From assembly GCA_034530615.2 (NCBI GenBank), contig JAVRCV020000043.1:32001-96000 (forward strand): a stretch of DNA of 64,000 nucleotides. Direction: 5' to 3'. This document shows, in pieces, positions 9,333 to 19,304 of the stretch. The position numbers and the translations under genes were made by a program. The notes below the pieces were generated by a model. It made no database searches. It was not told the origin of the DNA and was given only the letters and a program-made list of their open reading frames with translations. This stretch comes from Aulosira sp. ZfuVER01 (GTDB lineage: Bacteria; Cyanobacteriota; Cyanobacteriia; Cyanobacteriales; Nostocaceae). The stretch's first letter is position 1, and every line of letters starts with the position of its first letter.

Positions 9333-9938
9333 TTAGAGACTGGTTCTCAGATCTGTGTTACACCGCCAGTAAACCCCATTTTCGCGCTGCATTAACTGGT
9401 AGCCAATTAACTCACGTCGCAAGGTAGCGTAGTCGGGATGATACCGCTTGAGTGTTTCATTCACTGTTCGTTCTGGGTACTGAACCCCTTCGTCAAATTT
9501 ACTCGCCAGCCACTTGAGAACGACTAGACGCTTTTTGCGACTAGCAGGAATTTCCTTGAGGCGTTGTACTTCCTCTATATTGTTGGTATCAAGCTCTAAA
9601 TAGTTGCTCAAGACTTTGCTTTCCCACGCTTCAGTATCTACATCCTCAATTAAGGATGCTATTTTCTCAGGGGTAAAGATTTCCTTGCTAATATTTTGCA
9701 AAGCTTCGCTATCTAACTGGTAGAAGCGGCTATTGCCTTCAGGGCGCATAGTGACTAAATTCAGTTCCTTGAGTTTTGACAAATGATGAGATACTGTCGG
9801 TTCCTTGAGTTGCAATAGTACTGCTAATTCTTCAACACTGCACTCGTGGTTCGCGAGAATACCCACAATTTTTAATCGGCTCTCATCCGCTAAGGCTTTA
9901 AAAAATCGCAGTAGAGTTTGAAACTGTTCTTTCCTCAT
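9333..9938 (-). CDS. ArsR-family HTH regulator with C-terminal DUF2087 (paralog A)
   Basis: Same motifs as 8678-9247; clearly paralogous. Confidence 0.9.
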   Translation of the reverse strand: MRKEQFQTLLRFFKALADESRLKIVGILANHECSVEELAVLLQLKEPTVSHHLSKLKELNLVTMRPEGNSRFYQLDSEALQNISKEIFTPEKIASLIEDVDTEAWESKVLSNYLELDTNNIEEVQRLKEIPASRKKRLVVLKWLASKFDEGVQYPERTVNETLKRYHPDYATLRRELIGYQLMQRENGVYWRCNTDLRTSL

Positions 9939-9950
9939 AATTTGTTATAA

Positions 9951-9992
9951 TCGAATTCGATTTCGATCTAATTAGAAAGAAATCGAATTAGC
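9951..9992. promoter_or_regulatory. Putative operator array: three 10-bp boxes at 16-bp period
   Basis: TCGAATTCGA (9951), TCTAATTAGA (9967), TCGAATTAGC (9983). Confidence 0.7.
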
Positions 9993-10111
9993 TATGTTGT
10001 TCGCCTCTGAACAGGCAGAGGTATGATTTTACTTAGTTGTGAATTATTGTTAATTTTGCGATTTGTTCTGTCAGAAGTTGAGATTTCTTAAGTTGTTCTT
10101 TACATTTCGCT

Positions 10112-10330
10112 ATGTGGAAACCATTCACAAGTAGGAAAAGAGGGAAAGGAAATATACCCAAGCGGGGTACATCCTTAGTACAAGCAGCTAGATTTTTAGG
10201 TGTAGACCAAAGTACTTTGTATATGGCTCTGCAAAAGGGGCAAATTCCCACTAGCAGAAGAAATGGGCGAACTGTCATCAGCCAAGGCGCTTTAATGGAC
10301 TATAAAGCTAGAACTCGACCTGTCCTATAA
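10112..10330 (+). CDS. Small excisionase-like (HTH_17) DNA-binding protein
   Basis: SLVQAARFLGVDQSTLYMALQKGQIP...GRTVI. Confidence 0.75.
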   Translation: MWKPFTSRKRGKGNIPKRGTSLVQAARFLGVDQSTLYMALQKGQIPTSRRNGRTVISQGALMDYKARTRPVL

Positions 10331-10599
10331 GCAATTCCCTCATTCAAGTGTCAGCAATTCTGTTAAAAATCTAATCTACCCAATTCCTCAATTGTTTTTT
10401 GATGGTAATAGGGTAATAGGAAAACTTAATCGGAGAATTCCTTTTACCTTATGCCATTAATTTTGATTTTTGCTAGGAACTTAAAATATAGCTAGCAAGT
10501 TTATTTTGCCAAAAAGGCTTAAACATATTAACACAGGTTTTTTTGGTGTTTCTGGTTGAAGATATTTATTTTGCTATTTTCAAAATTTATCAAAAATTT

Positions 10600-10770
10600 G
10601 GGTCTAAAACCTTGCCCTTCTATAGCGACTTTTTGTAGACTACGCCTAGTCGCCACGGAGCATTCAAGAAACTTCAAACGAACGTGAAGGAATGATAAGA
10701 CTACTAACCAAGTAGCACAACCTAGTGAAGCGTCAAGAAATCCTCAACCCTTTAGGATGAGGAGGTATGC
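10600..10770 (+). mobile_element. Degenerate non-autonomous IS200/IS605-like element (left-end-like motif plus right end/omegaRNA-like scaffold; no tnpA or tnpB)
   Basis: GGGTCTAAAACCTTGCCCTTCTATAGCGACTTT at left; ATAAGAC-hairpin...GTGAAGCGTCAAGAAATCCTCAACCCTTTAGGATGAGGAGGTATGC subterminal hairpin at right. Confidence 0.55.
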
Positions 10771-10938
10771 TAGGTGAGTTAGTATGCGATCGCTTAACTA
10801 TGAAACTACAAGAACAAAGCCAACAATTAGGCAGCCTGAAAGCTCTAATCACAAGCAAAAATCTCTGATGCTGTGCATTATTAGCGCGTTAGAAGTCACC
10901 CCAACGCACCAATAATGCTAAGTCTAGATTTAACTGAT

Positions 10939-12225
10939 TTAGCTAAACTGCTCTTCTGCGTCTAGGTTAAATAACATTTGCAAAGTCTGCATACATCGCC
11001 GTCTGGCTTCCACATCCTGTTGCGCTCGCAATTGCACCATCGGATCGTGTAAAATTTTGTTAACTATTCCTCTTGTTAAAGCTTCGATCACCTCTTGATG
11101 CTTGTCTGCAAATTCCGAACCCAAGCGAGACAATGCTTTTTCCAATTCTTGTTCGCGGATGGTTTCGACTTTATTACGCAAACAGCTAATAGTGGAGACA
11201 GTTTCTAGACTGCGCCACCACACATCAAAGGCTTCTACTTCCTCATCTAATATTTTCTCAGCTTCCTGAGCCATTTTCCGACGGCTTTCATAGTTCTGCG
11301 CCACTACTGCCTTCAAATCATCCACGTTAAACGCTTGCACGTTGGCTAGCTCATTTACATCTGCATGGACGTTACGCGGTACGGAAATATCAAATAGCAT
11401 TAGAGACTGCTGAGGCTCTAAGACCATTTCTAATTTCGCACGATCCAGTATTGGGTCTGTGGCTGAAGTACTGGTAAATACTAAATCACTCCGAGAAATT
11501 ACTGTCATCATTTCCGATAACGGTTGAATTTCCAGAGGTTGATCGGGGAACTGCTTGGCTAATTCTAGGGCGCGATCGCGGGAGCGATTTAAAATACTAA
11601 TTTGCCCAGCGCCTTTAGAAATTAGATGCTGTACCAACAAGCGCGACATTTTACCAGCGCCGAGAATTGCTACACGGCAAGCAGCTAAATTTGCCACCTT
11701 CATTTGCGCTAACTCCACCGCTGCCGAACTGATGGAGACTGCGCCAGTACCAATGCTAGTTTCTGTACGAACTCGCTTGCCTGCTGTTAAAGCTTGTTTA
11801 AATAATCGATTCAAAATTGTTTTTATACCGTTATATTGCTGCCCTAGTTTGTGGGTATTCTTGACCTGAGCCAGAATTTGACCTTCGCCAAGTACCAAAC
11901 TATCTAAACCAGCAGCCACGCGCATCATATGCATCACAGCGTCATCATGCAGCAACATAAACAGGTGTTGCCGCAAAGATGTTACAGGTAATTTACTGTA
12001 TTCAGCCAGAAACTGAGTTACTTCCCGGATACCGTGTTCGGTTTCACCAGTCACGATGTAAATTTCCAGGCGGTTACAAGTACTCAGAATGGCAACTTCG
12101 TCAATATGGGGATAGCTGGTAAGTTGAGCGATCGCACTTTCTGCTTGAGGTTCTGGAATACTCAACTTTTCCCGGATTTCTACTGGGGCTGTTTTATGGC
12201 TTAACCCCACCACTGCTATATTCAT
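10939..12225 (-). CDS. hemA: Glutamyl-tRNA reductase
   Basis: [39 protein letters not shown]. Confidence 0.97.
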   Translation of the reverse strand: MNIAVVGLSHKTAPVEIREKLSIPEPQAESAIAQLTSYPHIDEVAILSTCNRLEIYIVTGETEHGIREVTQFLAEYSKLPVTSLRQHLFMLLHDDAVMHMMRVAAGLDSLVLGEGQILAQVKNTHKLGQQYNGIKTILNRLFKQALTAGKRVRTETSIGTGAVSISSAAVELAQMKVANLAACRVAILGAGKMSRLLVQHLISKGAGQISILNRSRDRALELAKQFPDQPLEIQPLSEMMTVISRSDLVFTSTSATDPILDRAKLEMVLEPQQSLMLFDISVPRNVHADVNELANVQAFNVDDLKAVVAQNYESRRKMAQEAEKILDEEVEAFDVWWRSLETVSTISCLRNKVETIREQELEKALSRLGSEFADKHQEVIEALTRGIVNKILHDPMVQLRAQQDVEARRRCMQTLQMLFNLDAEEQFS

Positions 12226-12327
12226 CTGCTAATTGGTAATTGCTAAATGGTAAATGGTAAGTGGTGAATGGTCAGTAAAGGAGTTAGGAAGAGAATTCAT
12301 AACTCCTAACTCCTCACTGTTTATCGC

Positions 12328-13365
12328 TTATCGCAATTGTACGGTCTTAGGCGAATCAAACATGTGAATGGTATCTACAAACCGTGCAGTGTTTGACTGG
12401 TTGGAAATAACTAGGCTTTGAGTTCTAGCCCCACCTTTGAAGAAGCGTACACCTTGCATCAGATTTCCAGAGGTGATACCACTAGCAGCAAACAACACGG
12501 TTTCACCAGATGCGAGTTCATGAGCATCGTAGACTTTATCAGGGTCATTGATGTTCATAGATCTCAGACGCTCTAGGTTGGCTTCTTTGCTTTCGCCAAT
12601 TAAACCTGTTTTCACGACTGCTGGATCGTAGATTAGCTGACCTTGGAAGTGTCCACCTAAAGCACGCATTGCGGCTGCGGAAATAACACCTTCAGGGGCA
12701 GCACCGATACCCATCAGCGCATGAATATTAGTACCAGCAAAACCGCAAGAGATGGCTGCACCCACATCACCATCGGAAATCAACTGCACTCTCGCCCCAG
12801 CGTCGCGGATTTCTTTAATCAAATCGTTGTGGCGTTCACGCTTCATAACAACTACCACAAGTTCTTCAATAGAGCGATTTAGACACTCGGAGAGAATTTT
12901 GAGGTTTTCTGTTGCTGACTTGTTAATGTCCACCTTGCCCTTAGCTGCTGGGGGTGCTGCTAACTTCTTCATGTAGAAATCAGGAGCCGCAAATAATCCA
13001 CCTTTTTCGGAAATTGCTAATACAGCCATCGAACCAGGTTGTCCGTATGCTACCAAGTTCGTACCTTCACAAGGGTCAACGGCTATGTCAATTTCGATTA
13101 ATTCATCTGGGTTACAGAAGTCCTTAGCATCTGGACGGGAGCAGATACCCACCTCTTCCCCAATATATAACATAGGGGCGTCATCGCGTTCGCCTTCGCC
13201 AATCACAATGCGACCGCGCATATAAATTTTGTTCATCCGTTCCCGCATTGCTTCCACCGCTACTTGGTCAGCAGTGTTCTTTTCGCCTTTACCCATCCAT
13301 TTGGCGGATGCGATCGCGGCTTGCTCTACTACCTCAATAATCTCTAGTCCAAGTGTATTTTCCAC
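12328..13365 (-). CDS. glpX: Class II fructose-1,6-/sedoheptulose-1,7-bisphosphatase
   Basis: [38 protein letters not shown]. Confidence 0.97.
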   Translation of the reverse strand: MENTLGLEIIEVVEQAAIASAKWMGKGEKNTADQVAVEAMRERMNKIYMRGRIVIGEGERDDAPMLYIGEEVGICSRPDAKDFCNPDELIEIDIAVDPCEGTNLVAYGQPGSMAVLAISEKGGLFAAPDFYMKKLAAPPAAKGKVDINKSATENLKILSECLNRSIEELVVVVMKRERHNDLIKEIRDAGARVQLISDGDVGAAISCGFAGTNIHALMGIGAAPEGVISAAAMRALGGHFQGQLIYDPAVVKTGLIGESKEANLERLRSMNINDPDKVYDAHELASGETVLFAASGITSGNLMQGVRFFKGGARTQSLVISNQSNTARFVDTIHMFDSPKTVQLR

Positions 13366-13765
13366 AGAGTCGCCCTCTCAACTGCTTGACTTAGCGTCGT
13401 TTTATCTAGCTGTTCCAGTCTTCAAGTCTACCAAAGGGCGGATACCCGTGGAAAATAGTCTTGCTAGGCCTGTTGTTAAGTTTTGCTGCTATAAATTTTG
13501 TCATGTGTCGATTGTGACATTATTAGGATTTTTGCTTAGTCGCATTAAATAGGAATTTATATCAATTACTTAATAGTATATTCTGGAAAAGAAACATTTT
13601 ATTTACTATTAGATGCTAAATCATCGAGTATCCAGATTCTTGTTAAACCTGACAATAATCCCCAAAATCCGCAGCATCAGCAAATGAAGTACAAATTAAT
13701 ATTCATGTTGAACTGTGAGTTTTGACATAGCCTTTTTAAACCAAATAGCCATCTGGAGGTAAATC

Positions 13766-14338
13766 ATGTTTATTGACTACATCACACTCATGTTGATCAA
13801 TATGGTAGCCGGATTATTTTTACTAGCAGATTACGTATATCGAGGAATAGATAGCGATAATCAAAAACGCTGGGTTCCTGGCTTTGGAGTTACAGGTGCG
13901 ATCGCATTTACCACCGGCTTACACATGACCTTTACCTGGCCGATTAGAGGTAGTTTTAACATTGCTTTCGGTGAAACCACTATCCTATTCGGAATCTTGT
14001 TTATTGCAGCTGCGATCGCACTTTCCTTAGGTTGGGATTTACTAACACTGGCAATTTACGCTTTCTTTGCAGGTTTAGCGGCAATTGTTATCGGTTTGCG
14101 CATCATCAATTTGGGTATTACACAGCAACCATTAATGTCTGGTATAGGCTTTATTCTCACTGGCTTAAGTGGCGTTTGTGCTGCACCAACTCTCTATTGG
14201 AAAACAAACCGAACTTGGCGGTTAATCGGGGTAGCGGTATTAATTGTAGCAGCGTTGATTTGGGCATTAACTGGTTATTTAGCTTACTGGAATCATTTAG
14301 AAGGTTTCCAGAAATGGGTTCCAACCCCAATGCGATGA
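13766..14338 (+). CDS. DUF981-family membrane protein
   Basis: MFIDYITLML start, TWP..GSFNIAFGE motif, multiple TM segments. Confidence 0.8.
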   Translation: MFIDYITLMLINMVAGLFLLADYVYRGIDSDNQKRWVPGFGVTGAIAFTTGLHMTFTWPIRGSFNIAFGETTILFGILFIAAAIALSLGWDLLTLAIYAFFAGLAAIVIGLRIINLGITQQPLMSGIGFILTGLSGVCAAPTLYWKTNRTWRLIGVAVLIVAALIWALTGYLAYWNHLEGFQKWVPTPMR

Positions 14339-14420
14339 CTATACAAAAGACGTATTTATCTTGGCAGGGTAAGAAACAGAAATCATCATTAACACCAACG
14401 GATATTGGAGGTATTTATGA
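14337..14420 (+). pseudogene. C-terminal remnant of a DUF6888-like gene with an internal stop
   Basis: Manual translation DYTKDVFILAG*ETEIIINTNGYWRYL*; its TGA overlaps the ATG of the next gene (ATGA). Confidence 0.55.
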
Positions 14421-14629
14421 GCAAGCCTGATTTCATGACAATGACCCGTCCAGAATTTCGTCAATATATTCTTGAGCATAGGGAAGATGAAGAAGCACTT
14501 CAAATCTACATTGACAGGTTCCAAAACCCCAATGCCAAAGTTTACCCAGCACCCAAGTCATTAGAAGATTTAGAGAATTTCCCCGAAATTCACCGCCAAC
14601 ATCTAGAGCAGCAGCGCAAACAAGGATAA
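14417..14629 (+). CDS. Small DUF6887-like protein
   Basis: MSKPDFMTMTRPEFRQYILEHREDEEALQIYIDR; GGAGG RBS upstream. Confidence 0.75.
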   Translation: MSKPDFMTMTRPEFRQYILEHREDEEALQIYIDRFQNPNAKVYPAPKSLEDLENFPEIHRQHLEQQRKQG

Positions 14630-14748
14630 AACCAGTCTCAGAATGTAAGGAAGAAAGGAGCAATGGCGTGATCGCATTCTTGCATTTCAGTGTTTATTTT
14701 AAGTGCGATCGCTGCTGAGGAAGGCTAAGATTAATAAATTTCTCTGGC

Positions 14749-14774
14749 AAAACAAACCGAACTTGGCGGTTAAT
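14749..14774 (+). repeat. 26-bp exact copy of DUF981 gene segment 14201-14226
   Basis: AAAACAAACCGAACTTGGCGGTTAAT at both places. Confidence 0.9.
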
Positions 14775-14820
14775 TGGTACATTACTTAACACCTACTCGG
14801 TTGTTAAACTCCCGAATTTG

Positions 14821-16992
14821 TTATTTATTTGTTGTTATGACTTGTGATAAGCTCTGCAACAAATTCATTGCTGTGTAAGGTTTAGATAAAAAAGCTTTGG
14901 CACCAGCATCCAGAAAATTTTGACGATGAGTAGATAAACCACTGGTAGCAATAATTTTTACATCTGGGTTAATATTGCATAGAATCTGGGTAGTTATTAA
15001 TCCATCCATATTCGGCATCATCATATCCATAAACACTACACTAATTTCTGTCTTATAGTGAGTATAAATATCGATAGCCTCAACTCCATTATTAGCAATT
15101 AGAGTTTTGTAATTATTGTTTTCTAAAGTTAACTTAGTAGTTTGTTGGAGAGATTTTTCATCATCGACAATCAAAATTAACTCACCGTTTCCCTGAGGTA
15201 GTTCTTTTTCGATGATTGACTCAGTAATTGCTTGTGGGACTATCGGTAAGTACACCTGAAACTTTGAACCCTTACCTAATTCGCTCTGCACCTTCACAAA
15301 ACCGCCGAGGTTCTTGACGATACCTAAAACTGTTGATAATCCTAACCCTGTACCTTTACCAACCTCTTTAGTGGTAAAAAATGGCTCAAATATGCGCTCT
15401 AAAAATTCTGGCGGGATTCCCGTTCCTGTATCCGAGATGGTAACAACGTTATAGAATCCTGGTTTCGCCTCAATATCCGTTTGCGCATAGATTTCGTCAA
15501 TCATCCGATTTTCGGCAGTGATGGTAAGCGTACCACCATCAGACATAGCATCACGGGCATTAACACACAGGTTCATCAACACTTGGTGGATTTGGGTAGG
15601 ATCTGCTGAGATCGTTCCCAGATTTGACGTTGGTAGATTGATGCAGATTTCAAGTGATTTAGGAAATGTAGTTTTGACAACTCTCTCAATTTCCTCGATC
15701 GAGTGTTTTAGTTTTAGAGGAATGCGTTTACCTTCTCCTCCGCCTGCAAACGACAGAATTTGCTTGACTAGTTCTTTAGCTCGTTGAGAATTTTCTGCGA
15801 TTATTCTCAATAATTCCCGATTTTGATTGTTAATATCGGGTAATTTCAGCGGTAACAGTTGGGCAACCGTGAGAATAGGCGTCAGTATGTTGTTGAAATC
15901 ATGAGCAATACCGCTAGCCAGAGTACCAAGGCTTTCTAAGCGTTGTAACTGATAAAACTGTCGCTCTAGTAGTTTTTTCTCGGTGAGATCGCTTTCAACA
16001 CAAAGGATAGATTTTGCCTGTCCTGCATCATTACACACTAGAGTCCAGCGACTAGAAACGATGATTGCTTGACCAGATTTAGTAATCTTATTTAGTTCTC
16101 CATGCCATTCGCCTTGTTCTAAAACAGTTTTGCAAGCATCTTCTGCTTGTGATGAAATTTGCTGGTACAACAATTGACGAGAATCTTTACCAACAATTTC
16201 TGCTACCTGCCAGCCGTACAGACTTTCAGCAGCAGAATTCCAATATAAAATTCGATATTCTAAATCGCAGACAAAAATGGCATCGGTAGCAATATCAAGC
16301 AGCGCAGCCTGTTCGCGGATTTTTTCTTCTACTTGCTTGCGATCGCTCAGATCGCGAAACGACCAATATAGACGAACTAATCCCGGACTAGAGCATTCCG
16401 CAGACAAAGAAACAGCAGTAGGCAATAATTCTTTTTGTCTTGGCGTTAAAGACACTTCTCTGTCTTGGAGTAAGTACTTTGCTGTCGAGTAAATGTTTTG
16501 TTGCTGACCTATTGACGGTAAATTATTTCTCATCTGAAGATTTTGCCCATCCTCAGCCAGCAATGTTTTCAGCTTTTCCAGCTGCTCATAAATAATTGCA
16601 CGATCTCCAGAGAACACAAACACACTTAGTGGTTTACCCACTAAGTAATCTTGCCAGACATTGAGTAGGGTATGCGCTGCGTAGTTTGCTTCTAGGATAA
16701 TTCCCCGCTTGTCAGTTACTAAGTAAGCATCTGGAGCAAATTGGAATAAATCTCGGTAGCGCTGACGTTCTAAGTCCAACATTTGGCGAGTATTCTGCAA
16801 TTCCTCGTTTTGTTGGTGTAATTCTTCCGCTGTAACCCTTAACTCTTCTAAGGCTACAGAGAGTTCGGTAATCGCTACTGAAAACAAGTCATTACTAATG
16901 TTAGATGGTGAATTTGTTGGCTGTTGGAGCTGTTCTAAACGCTCTTGAGCAGCAACAATTTGTTGGTCTAATTGCCGATCTTCAGGTGTCAT
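14821..16992 (-). CDS. Hybrid sensor histidine kinase (coiled coil-PAS-PAS-HisKA-HATPase-REC)
   Basis: H-box GIAHDFNNIL, N-box NLCVNARDAM, DTGTG, GKGTGLGL, receiver ILIVDDE...DMMMP...KP. Confidence 0.95.
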   Translation of the reverse strand: MTPEDRQLDQQIVAAQERLEQLQQPTNSPSNISNDLFSVAITELSVALEELRVTAEELHQQNEELQNTRQMLDLERQRYRDLFQFAPDAYLVTDKRGIILEANYAAHTLLNVWQDYLVGKPLSVFVFSGDRAIIYEQLEKLKTLLAEDGQNLQMRNNLPSIGQQQNIYSTAKYLLQDREVSLTPRQKELLPTAVSLSAECSSPGLVRLYWSFRDLSDRKQVEEKIREQAALLDIATDAIFVCDLEYRILYWNSAAESLYGWQVAEIVGKDSRQLLYQQISSQAEDACKTVLEQGEWHGELNKITKSGQAIIVSSRWTLVCNDAGQAKSILCVESDLTEKKLLERQFYQLQRLESLGTLASGIAHDFNNILTPILTVAQLLPLKLPDINNQNRELLRIIAENSQRAKELVKQILSFAGGGEGKRIPLKLKHSIEEIERVVKTTFPKSLEICINLPTSNLGTISADPTQIHQVLMNLCVNARDAMSDGGTLTITAENRMIDEIYAQTDIEAKPGFYNVVTISDTGTGIPPEFLERIFEPFFTTKEVGKGTGLGLSTVLGIVKNLGGFVKVQSELGKGSKFQVYLPIVPQAITESIIEKELPQGNGELILIVDDEKSLQQTTKLTLENNNYKTLIANNGVEAIDIYTHYKTEISVVFMDMMMPNMDGLITTQILCNINPDVKIIATSGLSTHRQNFLDAGAKAFLSKPYTAMNLLQSLSQVITTNK

Positions 16993-17019
16993 AGGATTGC
17001 CTCGGCTCTTTACTGGTTA

Positions 17020-17230
17020 GAGTAATATGAAATAGAGGCGCAAATTCGTCTAGATGAACTTGCAACTAATGTAGGTATTCATTGAACGTTTCAATTTGCA
17101 AAGAAAACATTGGCTTGCGTATCCGCAGCATAAGGCTGGAGCAAGTGTAGGCTGTAAAGTCAAAGCCCCGCGATCGCCTGATAAATTCCAAAAATTATTC
17201 AAATACTTGCTCTTCGTTGTTGATCGTCAT
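17020..17230 (-). pseudogene. cheR: N-terminal relic of a CheR-type methyltransferase with two in-frame stops
   Basis: Manual translation MTINNEEQVFE*FLEFIRRSRGFDFTAYTCSSLMLRIRKPMFSLQIETFNEYLH*LQVHLDEFAPLFHI. Confidence 0.75.
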
Positions 17231-17314
17231 GAATGGCGCTTTGCTTTGACATTTTATAGCGCTCAAATAAGAGTATATTAAACTTCGGGATTAATCTGTG
17301 CATCTGTGTCGATC

Positions 17315-17405
17315 GTAGCAGCGCTGATTTGGGCATTAACTGGTTATTTGGCTTACTGAAATCATTGAGAAAGCTTGCAAATATGAGTTCTTGCTGCAAT
17401 GCGAT
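17315..17405 (+). pseudogene. Decayed duplicate of the DUF981 gene 3' end (14246-14336)
   Basis: GTAGCAGCGcTGATTTGGGCATTAACTGGTTATTTgGCTTACTGaAATCATT... colinear to CAATGCGAT; TGG mutated to TGA. Confidence 0.88.
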
Positions 17406-17465
17406 CGCTGATGCCAGTAACGATCTAGGCTAGAGACAATTCACACAAATTGATAAGATGCAAAT

Positions 17466-17780
17466 ATGTTGGATTTTCTCAATCCCCTATTAAATCGCCA
17501 TCCAGAAAGAATTAAGGCTAACGTCGAGATTTACACTTGGCAAACTTGCCCTTACTGCATCCGCGCTAAGATGCTGCTGTGGTGGAAAGGCGTTCAATTT
17601 CAGGAATACAAAATCGACGGCGACGAAGTAGCCAGAGCAAAAATGGCAGAACGAGCTAATGGCCGCCGCACAGTACCGCAGATTTTTATTAATAATCAGC
17701 ATGTTGGTGGCTGTGATGACCTTTATCAGTTAGATACACAAGGTCAACTCGATCCTTTATTAGCCCAAACTGTTGCTTAA
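17466..17780 (+). CDS. grxC: Dithiol glutaredoxin 3
   Basis: CPYC, TVPQIF, GGCDD. Confidence 0.95.
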   Translation: MLDFLNPLLNRHPERIKANVEIYTWQTCPYCIRAKMLLWWKGVQFQEYKIDGDEVARAKMAERANGRRTVPQIFINNQHVGGCDDLYQLDTQGQLDPLLAQTVA

Positions 17781-17874
17781 TTTTAGGCTACTTACAACAG
17801 ACTAAATTAAAAATCTAATTTGCCCGCCAAGGCGGGCTTTATATTGTTTATTGACAAGTATTCTCAATCATTAT

Positions 17875-18360
17875 ATGTTAATTGAATACCCAGGATATCT
17901 TGCCCACCGACAATGGATGACTCGCGCCTTAGAATTAGCACAGGCAGCAGGTGAAGCCGGAGAAGTACCTGTAGGAGCTGTAATTGTTGATGCCTCAGGC
18001 AATATACTGGCAGAGGGTGAAAACAGAAAAGAACGCGACAAAGACCCTACAGATCACGCAGAAATTATTGCCCTTAGGGCAGCTGCTCAAAATTTACAAA
18101 GTTGGCGTCTCAATGAATGCACTCTCTATGTAACTTTAGAACCTTGCCCAATGTGCGCCGGTGCTATTATACACGCCCGTATAGGACTGTTGGTGTATGG
18201 AGTAGACGATACAAAAACTGGTGCAATACGTACTGTTACCAACATCCCTGATAGTGCTGCCTCTAATCACCGTCTACAAGTCCTTGGAGGCATTTTAGAG
18301 TCTGCTTGTCGTCAGCAATTGCAAGCTTGGTTTGCTACCCGACGCCATAAGCAAAATTAG
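17875..18360 (+). CDS. tadA: tRNA adenosine(34) deaminase
   Basis: EVPVGAVIV, HAE, TLEPCPMC; ATG at 17875 preferred over TTG 17851. Confidence 0.93.
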   Translation: MLIEYPGYLAHRQWMTRALELAQAAGEAGEVPVGAVIVDASGNILAEGENRKERDKDPTDHAEIIALRAAAQNLQSWRLNECTLYVTLEPCPMCAGAIIHARIGLLVYGVDDTKTGAIRTVTNIPDSAASNHRLQVLGGILESACRQQLQAWFATRRHKQN

Positions 18361-18471
18361 CAGACAGAGACGAAACTGTCCAATAGGTAGGACACAAGTC
18401 ATGAAAGAAAATCTACGGTGTAACTAATCAAGGTTTCGTCACATTTTATTTGACAATCAGCAGCCACCATC

Positions 18472-19251
18472 ATGATGGAAATTTACTCTGCTAACCCTAC
18501 CTCTCAGCAAAAACTAGCAAATACCCGTGCAACTACCAAGGTGGCTCATACTACCTCTACTACCTCGTGGGTTTCTGCTTGGTTAGCGCCTCTAGCGTAT
18601 CTATTAGGAAGACACTTCCTCATCCCCTCGTTTTTTGGGAGGATTACAATCATTGGGCAAGAAAATCTTCCCACAACTGGCCCTGTGATTCTCGCACCTA
18701 CCCACCGTGCACGTTGGGATGCATTGCTTGTACCCTATGCGGCGATCGCTTGTAACGCAAAACAAGACTTACGATTTATGGTGACTAGTAGCGAATGCAA
18801 AGGGTTACAAGGCTGGTTTGTCCGACGCTTAGGGGGATTTCCTGTCAATCCTAAACATCCGTCAATTACTACCTTACGACATGGGGTTGATCTGCTTCAG
18901 CAGAAAAAAACCTTAGTAATCTTTCCAGAAGGCGGTATTTACCGTGATGGTGAAGTTCACCCATTAAAGCCAGGAATTGCGCGTCTAGCTTTGAGTGCTG
19001 AATCTAGTCAGCCAGATTTGGGAATTAAAATTATACCTATTAGTATCAATTACAGCCAAACATATCCAAACTGGGGTACAGATGTGATGATTCACATTGG
19101 CCCAGCAATAAAAGTTGCAGATTATAGTCAAGGTTGTGTAAAACAAAATGCCAAATGCCTAACTAGCGATTTAGCTAAAGTTTTGCAACAACTCAGCCAC
19201 CAAGAATCAGAAATTACTAGTCACACATTTGTAGAAATTCCTAATTCTTAA
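18472..19251 (+). CDS. plsC: 1-acyl-sn-glycerol-3-phosphate acyltransferase family
   Basis: THRARWD (HX4D), IFPEG. Confidence 0.85.
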   Translation: MMEIYSANPTSQQKLANTRATTKVAHTTSTTSWVSAWLAPLAYLLGRHFLIPSFFGRITIIGQENLPTTGPVILAPTHRARWDALLVPYAAIACNAKQDLRFMVTSSECKGLQGWFVRRLGGFPVNPKHPSITTLRHGVDLLQQKKTLVIFPEGGIYRDGEVHPLKPGIARLALSAESSQPDLGIKIIPISINYSQTYPNWGTDVMIHIGPAIKVADYSQGCVKQNAKCLTSDLAKVLQQLSHQESEITSHTFVEIPNS

Positions 19252-19304
19252 TATGGTCAAGACTCCAGAGTGATTAACCTTTACCAAGGAACAATGACCA
19301 TTGA

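Noticed and set aside
17096..17399. ORFs 17096-17281(+) and 17199-17399(-)
   Set aside because: Shadows of the cheR relic and the DUF981 duplicate
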